Of a DNA stretch of 29,340 bases, positions 8,241 through 17,664 are shown piece after piece. The notes beneath the pieces were generated by a model. It did no database searches. It saw only the letters and a list, made by a program, of their open reading frames with translations, and was not told the DNA's origin. A program made the translations under genes and the position numbers. Numbering within the stretch: the stretch's first letter is position 1; every line of letters begins with the position of its first letter. Source of the stretch: an uncultured Candidatus Saccharibacteria bacterium (GTDB lineage Bacteria > Patescibacteriota > Saccharimonadia > Saccharimonadales > UBA4665); NCBI GenBank assembly GCA_964527845.1, contig CAZGQU010000002.1, positions 1 to 29,340 of the forward strand, in the 5' to 3' direction.

Positions 8241-8330
8241 ATGTCCGTTAAAGTGAAAGTTATTTCACGTCGTGAACGTATTTCGGTGTCGGTATACCGT
8301 CCGTCGTGGCAAGAGTTTTTAGAATACTAA
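8241..8330 (+). CDS. Candidate 29-aa small protein MSVKVKVISRRERISVSVYRPSWQEFLEY
   Basis: Read manually (below the track cutoff). GAGG SD-like motifs at 8226-8229 and 8233-8236; lies downstream of the consensus promoter; its stop overlaps the DsbA-family gene's stop by 4 nt. Confidence 0.5.
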   Translation: MSVKVKVISRRERISVSVYRPSWQEFLEY

Positions 8331-8983
8331 TTCGATTGGTTTTTATTTGCAGACTGGCTTGCGAGCGCTTCGTCGATAAGTTTCGAAAAGCCGTCTAGTG
8401 ATTGCGGTGCGTTTTCAATCTTTTTGCCGTTCAAAAAGAAGGTTGGCGTTGCAGTAACATCAAGTTTTTTGCCAGCAGCTTCGTCGGCTTTAATCAGGTC
8501 GTTTACTTCGCGGCTTGCAAAATCTTTCTTAAACTTTACTTCGTCAAGGCCGATGTCTTTACTGTAAGCATCGAAAAATGCGTTCGGGCTACTTGCTCCT
8601 GACCATGCTTGTTGGTTGGTGTAGAGCTGAGTATACATTTCCCAGAATTTGCCTTGCTTGGCTGCAGCTTCAGCAGCCCGCGATCCAGCAAATGCATTCG
8701 GGTGAATTGCGGTAAGCGGGAAGTGTCTAAATTGGAAAACAATTTTATCCTGATATTTTTCATACACCTGCTCTACGAGCGGAAAATAAGACGCACATGC
8801 CGGACACTGGAAATCACCGTATTCGGTCAGATTAACACTGCTTTGTTCATTACCGCGCGTATGTGATGTTGGCTTTACCGAGCTGGCAGTGCTGGTATCT
8901 GTTTTGCCGTTGCCCTGAAACAGCAAATAACCAACAAAACCAACGATTAAAATACCAACTATTATCCAAAAACGCTTATCCAC
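8327..8983 (-). CDS. DsbA/BdbD-family thiol-disulfide oxidoreductase, membrane-anchored, 218 aa
   Basis: N-terminal TM, EYGDFQCPAC (CxxC), FRHFPL, HPNA, cis-Pro motif TATPTFFLNG. GTG start with GGAGGA SD. Confidence 0.9.
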   Translation of the reverse strand: MDKRFWIIVGILIVGFVGYLLFQGNGKTDTSTASSVKPTSHTRGNEQSSVNLTEYGDFQCPACASYFPLVEQVYEKYQDKIVFQFRHFPLTAIHPNAFAGSRAAEAAAKQGKFWEMYTQLYTNQQAWSGASSPNAFFDAYSKDIGLDEVKFKKDFASREVNDLIKADEAAGKKLDVTATPTFFLNGKKIENAPQSLDGFSKLIDEALASQSANKNQSN

Positions 8984-9065
8984 TTAATTTATCCTCCAGA
9001 TTTCTACTAACGTTATCTAGTATAGCCATGTTTTTGCGCTTCACAAAATGATGTAAGATGAGGTT

Positions 9066-10109
9066 ATGGTTAGTTTTATTTTTGGCGCGCTGTTTGGCGG
9101 TATGACGCTACTTGCGATTGGTTTGCAGCGCACATATAACCATTTTCCTCTAAAAGAATTAAAGCGCCAAGCTCGAGCTGGCCATCCGGTTGCACAGCTT
9201 TTGTACCGGCCGGTGAGCTACGGTATAAGTTTGCGGGTGCTGCTATGGCTGATTATTGTTGTCAGTGCGACGTTATCTTTTGTGCTGCTATCGCGTTCAG
9301 TTGAGCCATGGTTCGCAATTGTAATTGTGGGGGTTCTAGTATGGCTTGGGCTGTTTTGGATTCCATCGAGCGATCTTACGACATTCAGTATTCGGCTGGC
9401 TCGACTTTTCACACCGGTAATTAATTGGCTATTGAATTATCTAGACAAACCATTGCATCGTGCGGGTGAATTTGTACGCCGCCATCGGCATATTAACTTC
9501 CATACCGGTCTATACGAAAAAGAAGATATAGCAGATTTGCTAGAGAGTCAACGTAACTTGCCGGATAATCGCATACCATCAGCTGAAATTGATTTGTTGC
9601 AGCATGCCCTCAATTTTGGTGACAAACAAGTGCAAGATGTTTTGGTGCCACTGCGGGCAGTGAGGTCAGTGAACATCAACGACAATATTGGCCCATCACT
9701 TATGGACGAGCTGTATAAAAGCGGCCATTCACGCTTTCCGGTGTATGAAAATGAGCCAAATAATATTATTGGTACGCTCTATATGCGAGATATGGTGCAT
9801 CGCAAAAGTGGTGGCACAGTCAAGGACGTGATGAAAAAGGACGTTTTTTACGTGCACGAAGATTTTACGTTGTGGCAGGCGCTCCAGGCATTCTTAAAGA
9901 CCAAAAAGCATCTGTTTATTGTAGTGAACAGCTTCGAGGAGTTTGTAGGAATTATTACCGTGGAAGATGTGTTAGAGCAAATTATAGGTAAATCAATTGT
10001 CGATGAATTCGATGCCTACGAAGATATGCGCGCTGTTGCTAGCGCGGCTGCCAAAAAGGATCATCTTGAGCGCCAAAAACAGACAGCCGAGCCTCCTCAG
10101 AGCGAATAA
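9066..10109 (+). CDS. CNNM/DUF21 + CBS-pair protein (CorC/TlyC/hemolysin-like), 347 aa
   Basis: N-terminal TM bundle, then VQDVLVP, GHSRFPVYE, IIGTLYMRD, KKHLFIVVNSFEEFVGIITVEDVLEQIIG. No C-terminal CorC_HlyC domain. Confidence 0.85.
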   Translation: MVSFIFGALFGGMTLLAIGLQRTYNHFPLKELKRQARAGHPVAQLLYRPVSYGISLRVLLWLIIVVSATLSFVLLSRSVEPWFAIVIVGVLVWLGLFWIPSSDLTTFSIRLARLFTPVINWLLNYLDKPLHRAGEFVRRHRHINFHTGLYEKEDIADLLESQRNLPDNRIPSAEIDLLQHALNFGDKQVQDVLVPLRAVRSVNINDNIGPSLMDELYKSGHSRFPVYENEPNNIIGTLYMRDMVHRKSGGTVKDVMKKDVFYVHEDFTLWQALQAFLKTKKHLFIVVNSFEEFVGIITVEDVLEQIIGKSIVDEFDAYEDMRAVASAAAKKDHLERQKQTAEPPQSE

Positions 10110-10139
10110 ATATTTATTATTCCATTCTAAGGTGTTAGA

Positions 10140-11909
10140 ATGGCTAAAATGAGAACTTGGACAAAAGACACCGTTAATCAGGTAAACGAAACGGTTGATA
10201 TAAAGGGCTGGGTCCAGTCACGGCGTGATCACGGCGGCCTGATCTTTATTGATGTACGCGACCATACCGGTGTTATCCAGCTGGTGATTCAGCCAGAACA
10301 GTCTGATGCATTTACATTGGCAGAGCAGCTGCGTGATGAGTTTGTGATTGCGGCCACGGGCACTGTGAGCGAACGGGCAGAGGAGTTAAAAAACCCGAAT
10401 ATTGCAACTGGTAACGTTGAAATTAAGGTTAATAACCTGCACATTCTAAACCGCTCAGAGCCATTACCAATTCAAGTATTTAGCGAAGCTCAAGCCAACG
10501 AAGAGTTGCGGCTAAAATATCGCTACCTAGACTTACGCCGACCAAGGATGCAAGACATGTTGAAAAAGCGTGCCGCGTATTACAAAGTAATGCGTGACTA
10601 CATGGAAGCGAGTGACTTTACCGAAGTTGCCACGCCAATTTTAGCGAACTCCAGCCCAGAAGGGGCGCGTGATTTTTTGGTGCCTTCACGTGTACATCCA
10701 GGTAAATTTTACGCCTTACCTCAGGCACCGCAGCAGTTTAAGCAGCTATTGATGGTCGGCGGGGTGTCGCGTTATTACCAAATTGCTACATGTTTTCGTG
10801 ATGAAGATCCGCGAGCCGATCGGCTGTATGGTGATTTTTATCAGCTTGATCTCGAGATGTCGTTTGTCGAGGATGGCGAGGAAGTACGTAGCACCATGGA
10901 TCCACTAGTGAAAAAGCTGGTCACAGAATTTGCCGGCAAACAGTTGCTCCACAAGGATATTCCGCGTATCTCGTACCAAGAGGCCATGGAGCGCTATGGC
11001 ACCGACAAACCAGATTTGCGCTTCGGTATGGAGTTGGTTGATTTGAATGAAGAGCTTAAAAACACTGAGTTCGGCGTGTTCAGTAATGCCGAGTGCGTGA
11101 AGGCAATACGTGTAGAAAATGCTGTCAGCTTGAGTCGTTCGCAAATTGATAAGTTTACTGAAGTTGCCAAGAGCGAAGGTGCTGGCGGATTGGCATATTT
11201 AACATATGAAAATGGCGAGGTAAAATCACCAATCGCCAAGTTCTTAAGTGCCGAGGAGCTGCAAGCTATTCAAGCTAAAACTGGTGCAAAAGACGGTGAT
11301 GCCATATTCTTTGGTGCCGACAAGCGTACAGTTGTCAATAAAGTGTTAGGCCGGCTGCGCAATGAGTTTGCCGAGCATTTTAACTTGAAAGATTCAAATG
11401 TTGTAGCGTGTGCCTGGATTGTCGACTTTCCATTTTATGAATGGGACGATAAAACCAATAAATTAGATTTTGGCCACAACCCATTCAGTATGCCAAAGGG
11501 TGGTGTTGAGGTGTTGGAGGCTGCCACGACTGACGAAGCTAAATTAGAAATTATAGCCGACCAGTATGACATGGTTATGAATGGTTATGAGATCTGTTCG
11601 GGTGCTGTGCGCAACCACAACCCAGAAGTTATGTATAAAGTTTTTAGTGCACTTGGTTACGATAAAACGTATGTCGATGCCAAATTTGGGGCGATGATCA
11701 ATGCCTTCAAATACGGTGCGCCGCCACATGCGGGTTGTGCATTCGGCATCGACCGCATATTTATGGTGCTCATGAACGAAGAAAATATACGTGAAATTAT
11801 CGCTTTTCCAAAGAACGGCTCCGGTGTTGATGTAATGATGAACTCTCCAAGTACGATCGACGATCAGCAACTCAAAGAGCTAAATATCGAAACCAAGACA
11901 GAAGAATAG
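10140..11909 (+). CDS. aspS: Aspartate--tRNA ligase (bacterial type), 589 aa
   Basis: RRDHGGLIFIDVRD OB-fold, RLKYRYLDLRR, EGARDFLVPSR, LPQAPQQFKQLLM, FRDED, GAD insertion, PPHAGCAFGIDR. Confidence 0.97.
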   Translation: MAKMRTWTKDTVNQVNETVDIKGWVQSRRDHGGLIFIDVRDHTGVIQLVIQPEQSDAFTLAEQLRDEFVIAATGTVSERAEELKNPNIATGNVEIKVNNLHILNRSEPLPIQVFSEAQANEELRLKYRYLDLRRPRMQDMLKKRAAYYKVMRDYMEASDFTEVATPILANSSPEGARDFLVPSRVHPGKFYALPQAPQQFKQLLMVGGVSRYYQIATCFRDEDPRADRLYGDFYQLDLEMSFVEDGEEVRSTMDPLVKKLVTEFAGKQLLHKDIPRISYQEAMERYGTDKPDLRFGMELVDLNEELKNTEFGVFSNAECVKAIRVENAVSLSRSQIDKFTEVAKSEGAGGLAYLTYENGEVKSPIAKFLSAEELQAIQAKTGAKDGDAIFFGADKRTVVNKVLGRLRNEFAEHFNLKDSNVVACAWIVDFPFYEWDDKTNKLDFGHNPFSMPKGGVEVLEAATTDEAKLEIIADQYDMVMNGYEICSGAVRNHNPEVMYKVFSALGYDKTYVDAKFGAMINAFKYGAPPHAGCAFGIDRIFMVLMNEENIREIIAFPKNGSGVDVMMNSPSTIDDQQLKELNIETKTEE

Positions 11910-12013
11910 ACGCTAACTGGTAAATAAATTATTGGCTTGTCAGTGCCTCATGTTGTTTTGCTCCCTTTAGTGAACCTTGGAGTGTACAATGAGAAGTACG
12001 AAGGGAGGGGACT

Positions 12014-12196
12014 ATGGCAAAGAAAAAGGCAGCAGGAGCCGCAGCCGGTGGTGGTGCGCCAATATACTTTTTGGGATTTATTGGTGCAGTCATTTACTAC
12101 ATCCAGGTGGCTAGCGGATTTTGGGCGACGGTACTCGCTATCTTAAAGGCATTTGTTTGGCCGGTGTTTGTGGTGTATCACATTCTTGGCCTCTAA
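12014..12196 (+). CDS. Small two-TM membrane protein, 60 aa
   Basis: Strong SD (AAGGGAGGGG); hydrophobic YFLGFIGAVIYY...LKAFVWPVFVVY; followed by a terminator. Confidence 0.75.
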   Translation: MAKKKAAGAAAGGGAPIYFLGFIGAVIYYIQVASGFWATVLAILKAFVWPVFVVYHILGL

Positions 12197-12200
12197 ATTA

Positions 12201-12232
12201 AAACAGCACAGTCTGAATCGACTGTGCTGTTT
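12201..12232. terminator. Likely bidirectional intrinsic terminator between convergent genes
   Basis: Perfect 13-bp inverted repeat AAACAGCACAGTC-TGAATC-GACTGTGCTGTTT. Confidence 0.75.
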
Positions 12233-12249
12233 GGTTTCCGCCAGCGAGA

Positions 12250-12420
12250 TTACCAGTGGAAAGTTTGGCCGAGAATCCAAATGGTTCCGGCAATGGCGAG
12301 GAAGAATAACCCCAAGCCGACCGGGGATCCCCAGCTGAACCAGCTGCCCCAGGAACGCCAGTATCTCATACTGTCTTGCCAGGCTTTCAGGTCTTCTTCG
12401 TGCTTTTTGTCGTTTGCCAT
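12250..12420 (-). CDS. Trp-rich 56-aa single-TM protein (true start probably ATG 12420, not 12525)
   Basis: AAGGAG SD upstream of ATG 12420; MANDKK...YWRSWGSWFSWGSPVGLGLFFLAIAGTIWILGQTFHW. Confidence 0.65.
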   Translation of the reverse strand: MANDKKHEEDLKAWQDSMRYWRSWGSWFSWGSPVGLGLFFLAIAGTIWILGQTFHW

Positions 12421-12654
12421 TACGAAGCTCCTTTTTAGTTTGTAAAGAGCCCGCTTGTTAGTGGTTCTTGCCGTACCATGTTGTTCGCAAAACGGGTTAA
12501 GCGCATGGATGTATTTGCGGCCCACGTTGAGGTTATGTAAACATACAAATCTAATTCATGCAATAAATTGCTACTAAATACTATTTATTAAGTGCTTATG
12601 TTTTCTTGACGTTCATCGTACAATGTAGGCAGACATAATGCTATGGAGGATATA

Positions 12655-13230
12655 GTGAAAAAAATAATAGTTCTTGTGATCTTAGTTCTAATACTTGCAG
12701 GCGGTGCAGTGTACTTACTTACGAAAGATGATAGTTCGGATAATAAGGCGAATAATGCAAAAGACGGCGCAGTAAAACTTTCGGAGAAACAAGGCGAAGC
12801 CTGCAAATTGTTTACAGAAGCAGATGCTAAGAAAGTATTGGGTGAAACAGCAAAGGCTAACAATGTTACGCTTCCCGAAAATAATCAGAACAAAGATGTA
12901 ACTGGCAGCACCTGCAACTATTCTACCGAAGCAAAAACTCCAGCAGACGTGCCTAATGTTCGCTCTGCGACGATAATGATGCGAATTCCATTAACAGATA
13001 CCGGAAAGAAAGATAATAATAGTCAATTTAAAACACTTAAGCCCACCGACGAAGCTACCAATGTAACTGGCTACGGCGAATCTGCGTTTTGGAACCCAGC
13101 ATTTGGCCAGCTTAATATCTTGGTAAACGACACATGGCTAATGATTTCCAATGGTTCAGGCGCACCAAATAACCGCTCTCTCGACGACGCCAAAAAAGTC
13201 GCCGACATCGTCGTACCAAAGCTTCAGTAG
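12655..13230 (+). CDS. Membrane-anchored secreted protein, DUF3558-like, about 191 aa
   Basis: GGAGGA SD just before GTG 12655 (in frame with track start 12643); N-terminal TM; ACKLFTEADAKKVLG...STCNY Cys pair. The family call is tentative. Confidence 0.7.
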   Translation: MKKIIVLVILVLILAGGAVYLLTKDDSSDNKANNAKDGAVKLSEKQGEACKLFTEADAKKVLGETAKANNVTLPENNQNKDVTGSTCNYSTEAKTPADVPNVRSATIMMRIPLTDTGKKDNNSQFKTLKPTDEATNVTGYGESAFWNPAFGQLNILVNDTWLMISNGSGAPNNRSLDDAKKVADIVVPKLQ

Positions 13231-13244
13231 CAATCTGAATAATC

Positions 13245-13871
13245 ATGCCAACAAAGAAAACACCCAAAAAGATAAAAAAACAAAATAGGAACCCTCGTAG
13301 GGTAGTTGCCATTGCAACTGTAATCCTTCTATTGGTGATAGTTGGGTTAGTAACAAAGGCGTATCTAGATCGCGTAGCCGAAAAGAAAGAATTAGACGCT
13401 GCCAAAATCCAACTTGAGAAAGCTGATCAGCAAATGGGTGCAATCTATAATAGGATTGTTGCAGAAGTTGGTCAGCCGCAATATACAAATCATCAGAAAA
13501 GTTGCTCATAACCAAATTTAAAGTTTGAAAAAGGTAAACCATCCTGCGGGCCAAGCTATTTTATGGTTTACGGAACAAGCTCTAAGCAAGATGGCGAAAT
13601 CCTAATTCTGGATATAAAGCAGACAATCAACACCAGCGGAATAACTAAAATAAAAAATGAATCCAGATCTAGCGCTGCCGACACAAACGATAACTGGGTT
13701 AATGTTAGTTTACATCCTGAAAATATTGCTGGTATCGTCTGTTCTATGAGCCTTGAGCTTGATGATACAACTAGATTGTATATGGAGGATTTCTCTAAGA
13801 GTACTAGTGAACCATTAGCGTTGGGGTTTTCATATAATTGTTCTAAGAATTTAGCTAAACCAATCTACTAA
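13245..13871 (+). pseudogene. Single-TM exported protein gene interrupted by one in-frame TAA at 13509-13511
   Basis: Track ORFs 13245-13511 and 13563-13871 share a frame. The gap reads ...KSCS*PNLKFEKGKPSCGPSYFMVYG without other stops, and there is no SD before ATG 13563. Confidence 0.65.
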
Positions 13872-13946
13872 AATATTCAAAAATTCTGGATTTTAAGCAA
13901 TTTTTAGTTAATACTACATGCTATAGCTAAATTCAGGAGTTTCTGA

Positions 13947-16724
13947 GTGTCATCTGACCGGGCGGACAGATTATCAAGAGTCTTTACCTGTCTATTAGTT
14001 GTTTCTTTCTTTATTTTTACAGCAGTATCGTCTTCTTCAGCCCAGCAATCATCGAATAACTCGGTTAATTGGCTCGCTGGCACACCTACAATTCAAGAAG
14101 AATCACCAGTCGATACATGGAAAAATCCAGATAATCATGACTGCACACAAACCAAATTGCCTGTCATGCGAAATATGCTTGTAAAGACTGAAGAATATTG
14201 CGTGGTACAAACGGCAGCTGGCTTGATGGACACCGAGGCTCAAGTTTTGCAGCCTAATGGTCAAGCTGTGGCCTACCCTATAGAGCGGCGAACGCCGGGA
14301 GGTAGTCCGTACTTTAGAGTGATACCCAACCAGGCCGGTGTCTTATATATAAAACCTTCTGATGGCATGGGGTCAAACATAGGATATTATAAGAATTTTT
14401 ATTCACACCTTAAGTTTGATTACCATTATGGAAGTCCGCGGTATTATGTCGATGCCGTGCCAACAGATTGGTTTCGAAAACCAGACAATAGTCTGATGCA
14501 ATTTAATCCATATGGAACACTAGCTTTCTCGCAAAACGGCCGGTATTTTGTGATAGATTCACTGTTTAATGGTTTCGCAAAAATTGATATTTTGAACTAC
14601 AACGTGCAATATATTGCCGATACGCTGCCGAGAACTAATGGCAAAGGACTGTTGCAAGCAAATGTTGCGATAGATAATGGCGGTAAGTGGGTGGCCATAT
14701 CTTACAATGCACCGGGTAGCTGGGGAGAAAAATATTTTAAACTTATTGATACAGAAGCATGTACAAGCCAAACACAACAGGGTTTTTATACAGTACTTAA
14801 TTACACTTGTGCAACGCGCAATGCGTTGAATGAAACACAGAATAAGATTCCAGGACTACGCAATATTACAAAGGTACGGTTTGTTAATGAACGTACGATA
14901 ATGTTTACTGTCTCGACACAAACAAGCGGGGATATTACATACACCCAATATAGTATGACAGCGGCTGGCCAAAAGCGCAGCCTTTTGCAATATTTGGCAA
15001 TGGGAGATTCTTATATATCGGGTGAAGGTGCTTATAACTATAGGCTAGGCACAGATACAGAGCGTAACATGTGTCATCAATCGCTCGTATCGTATCCGTA
15101 TTTGTTAAGCAGTAGCTTTGAGTCGTTTGCCGACGTGGCATGTTCTGGTGCAGAAATCTTGAATATTGTTGGAAATGAAAACGATCCTGCGCATACTGCA
15201 CAATTGACTGAAGATGGTAAGCGGGTAGGGCCAACATTTACAGAAGAAAATACTGCAAAATTAACATACCTGCCGGGCTATGCAGCGCAAAGTATTTTTG
15301 TAAGATCTGATAACCCTGAGGTTATTACGCTTTCTGTTGGTGGGAATGATTTCGGTTTCGTAGATATTATCCAGTTGTGCGCTAACCCAACAAAAGAATT
15401 CTGGCAACAGGTTACTTCAGCAAGTACGTGCTACGACTCGTACGAAGAGCGATACGGTGCTATCTGGGAAATTAACGAACACTTCCTGGAGCTTAAGAAT
15501 CTTTACAGCAACCTTCGTGACACAGAAAACACTAACCGGCGACTATACGTGATTGGTTACCCGCAAATCGCTAAAGTAGATGGTGATTGCGGGCTAAATG
15601 TTCATCTGAACGCTGATGAAATTAGATTTGGCTCCGATCTCATCAGCTATATGAACAGTGTTATTAAAAAAGCTGCCGATGAAGCAGGCGCGTACTATGT
15701 GGATATAGAAGATGCATTTGTCGGTAACCGTTTGTGTGAAGGTCCAGGCAATAAAAGCGCAGTAAATGGTTTCACAATCAGCCGTACAGAAGGTCCATTA
15801 AATATTAAGGCAAGCTATCACCCCAACAAACGAGGCCATGAAATGCTGGCAGCAATGATAGCCGAGAAAACCCACAATCTTACTGCGCAGATGCCGGAAA
15901 AACCTGTGCAACAAACTAACACTTTGCCGGTTGATGCAGATTTGCCTATACTGCAAGGATACCCTCAAACAAGCGTATTTGATCGTTATGTAAATTCAGT
16001 ATTTGGTGCTGTTTCAGACGTGATGCAAGTCGGTGACACGCTCTCAGCCGAAATTCCAGAGGATGCGCAACTAAAGCCTGGTGCGCAGTTTGTGGTGGAA
16101 TTGCATTCTACGCCCGCCAATCTAGGTACCTTTACTGCCGACACTACAGGTAAACTTGCGATACATTCTGCTATACCGGCCAATACGCCACCTGGCTTCC
16201 ATACATTACATATTTATGGGCCAGATATGTTCGGCAACCAACTTGACATGCATCAGACATTTTATGTGGCTGCGAACATGAATGACTATGATGGTGATAG
16301 TGTGCCAAATGATAAAGATTCGTGTGCTATTGCGATAGAATCCGGCCATGACGTCGATGAAGACGGTATTGATGATGTATGCGATCCGCTTATTGATGAG
16401 CCACCACTAAAAGTTAGCGCGCCTACATTACATGAAGCCACAAACATTGCTGTGGCAACCAACAGCACTGAGGGCGCCATAAAGCAATCTTTCGTAACTA
16501 CGCTGCAGCCACAAAACAACAGTCGTAATGCAAAAGTGTTAGCCTCTTCAATTTCTGATTCGCAAATGCCACTTGGTGTTGCTGTGCCGTCATTGGAGAG
16601 CGATAGCAAGCCACTCGAAGGCAATGCCTCCTTCGTGACTATGGGTATAGTCGGGTTCGTTGTTGTTAATATGAGTCTGGTATTTATCCTGATACGTAGG
16701 CGAGAACATTCTACTAGTGGTTAG
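13947..16724 (+). CDS. Secreted, C-terminally membrane-anchored SGNH/GDSL hydrolase (SEST-like) with thrombospondin-3-like Ca-binding repeats, 925 aa
   Basis: Signal peptide; YLAMGDSYISGEG (block I), ACSGA (II), SVGGNDFGF (III), ASYHPN (V); DYDGDSVPNDKDSC...DVDEDGIDDVCD; C-terminal TM followed by RRR. Confidence 0.85.
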   Translation: MSSDRADRLSRVFTCLLVVSFFIFTAVSSSSAQQSSNNSVNWLAGTPTIQEESPVDTWKNPDNHDCTQTKLPVMRNMLVKTEEYCVVQTAAGLMDTEAQVLQPNGQAVAYPIERRTPGGSPYFRVIPNQAGVLYIKPSDGMGSNIGYYKNFYSHLKFDYHYGSPRYYVDAVPTDWFRKPDNSLMQFNPYGTLAFSQNGRYFVIDSLFNGFAKIDILNYNVQYIADTLPRTNGKGLLQANVAIDNGGKWVAISYNAPGSWGEKYFKLIDTEACTSQTQQGFYTVLNYTCATRNALNETQNKIPGLRNITKVRFVNERTIMFTVSTQTSGDITYTQYSMTAAGQKRSLLQYLAMGDSYISGEGAYNYRLGTDTERNMCHQSLVSYPYLLSSSFESFADVACSGAEILNIVGNENDPAHTAQLTEDGKRVGPTFTEENTAKLTYLPGYAAQSIFVRSDNPEVITLSVGGNDFGFVDIIQLCANPTKEFWQQVTSASTCYDSYEERYGAIWEINEHFLELKNLYSNLRDTENTNRRLYVIGYPQIAKVDGDCGLNVHLNADEIRFGSDLISYMNSVIKKAADEAGAYYVDIEDAFVGNRLCEGPGNKSAVNGFTISRTEGPLNIKASYHPNKRGHEMLAAMIAEKTHNLTAQMPEKPVQQTNTLPVDADLPILQGYPQTSVFDRYVNSVFGAVSDVMQVGDTLSAEIPEDAQLKPGAQFVVELHSTPANLGTFTADTTGKLAIHSAIPANTPPGFHTLHIYGPDMFGNQLDMHQTFYVAANMNDYDGDSVPNDKDSCAIAIESGHDVDEDGIDDVCDPLIDEPPLKVSAPTLHEATNIAVATNSTEGAIKQSFVTTLQPQNNSRNAKVLASSISDSQMPLGVAVPSLESDSKPLEGNASFVTMGIVGFVVVNMSLVFILIRRREHSTSG

Positions 16725-16735
16725 CTTGTATAGAG

Positions 16736-17587
16736 TTACGCCGGAGAATTTAGGATGTGTTTTGATCTTGAAAGCATGATAACGCCGGCAGCCGCCACGC
16801 ATGCACCTATTGAGGCCGCAACAATTCCAAACGCATTGATATTTACAATCTCTTCAAACAGCAAGATGCCAATTACCGCTCTTGCAAATGGACGGACAAT
16901 TTCTATTACCGGCTGTGATATGGCTAACGGGCCGCCACCATACGTGCTTTGAAGCACTACAACCGACGCAATAAGACTTACAAATAATGCATAAACTTCC
17001 CAGCTTGTAAACACATTGCCAATACCGGATTCCCATTGAAAGAATACTAATTTCACAAGTCCTGCTGAAAGTGCAAAATTACATCCAGATGCGATGCCGC
17101 CCATCGCTGCCCGCAGCTTGGGTGATGACGAACGTCGCATCAACAGTGCGCAGACGACGATAATGCTTGTGATCACAATTCCGACAACCACCCACTTTGT
17201 GCCAATAGTTGCTGCATGGCCACCATGTGGTCTGGCAGCCAAAAGTACGGCACTTAAGCCAAAACAAACTGCAAAAACCCCACCCCATTCTTTGAAACCT
17301 GCTGGTACTTTGTAATAAAAATGCAAGATCAACATCACAAATACAATATCGACTGTCAGAAGAGACTCAACTAATATAAGGGGCCCAAAATACAATGCAA
17401 TAGCATTTGTTGCAACGGCAATTACCTGGATACTTAAACCGAATAGCCACCATTTGCTTTTTAAGAGTGAGCGAATAAAGCTATGATGAAATAATTCTTT
17501 GGCATCTGGCTTGCCGGCAGCTCGTCGTTGTATAACAGCACTCAAAGCTCTGAGGAAGGCGGTGAATAGCGCGATCGCAATAACCAT
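16736..17587 (-). CDS. DMT-superfamily integral membrane transporter (NIPA/Mg-transporter-like), 283 aa
   Basis: About 9-10 TM segments; SAVIQRRAA, WWLFGL, ALYFGPLILVESLL, QSTYGGGPLAISQP. Confidence 0.75.
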   Translation of the reverse strand: MVIAIALFTAFLRALSAVIQRRAAGKPDAKELFHHSFIRSLLKSKWWLFGLSIQVIAVATNAIALYFGPLILVESLLTVDIVFVMLILHFYYKVPAGFKEWGGVFAVCFGLSAVLLAARPHGGHAATIGTKWVVVGIVITSIIVVCALLMRRSSSPKLRAAMGGIASGCNFALSAGLVKLVFFQWESGIGNVFTSWEVYALFVSLIASVVVLQSTYGGGPLAISQPVIEIVRPFARAVIGILLFEEIVNINAFGIVAASIGACVAAAGVIMLSRSKHILNSPA

Positions 17588-17664
17588 TCACCTATTGTAA
17601 TCTACCAAGCAAGATACACTAAGGCGGTCTCTGTAAGCTATAGCGGAAATGGTATACTGCAGGT

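Noticed and set aside
12421-12525. N-terminal 35-aa extension of the 91-aa track ORF
   Set aside because: A clear AAGGAG SD precedes ATG 12420, and the extension looks non-coding.
12421-12560. Minus-strand leader with GGGCCGCAAA resembling a c-di-GMP-I (GEMM) riboswitch
   Set aside because: The upstream GGCAAACC...GAAA tetraloop stem and P2 pairing are absent; only a short word matches.
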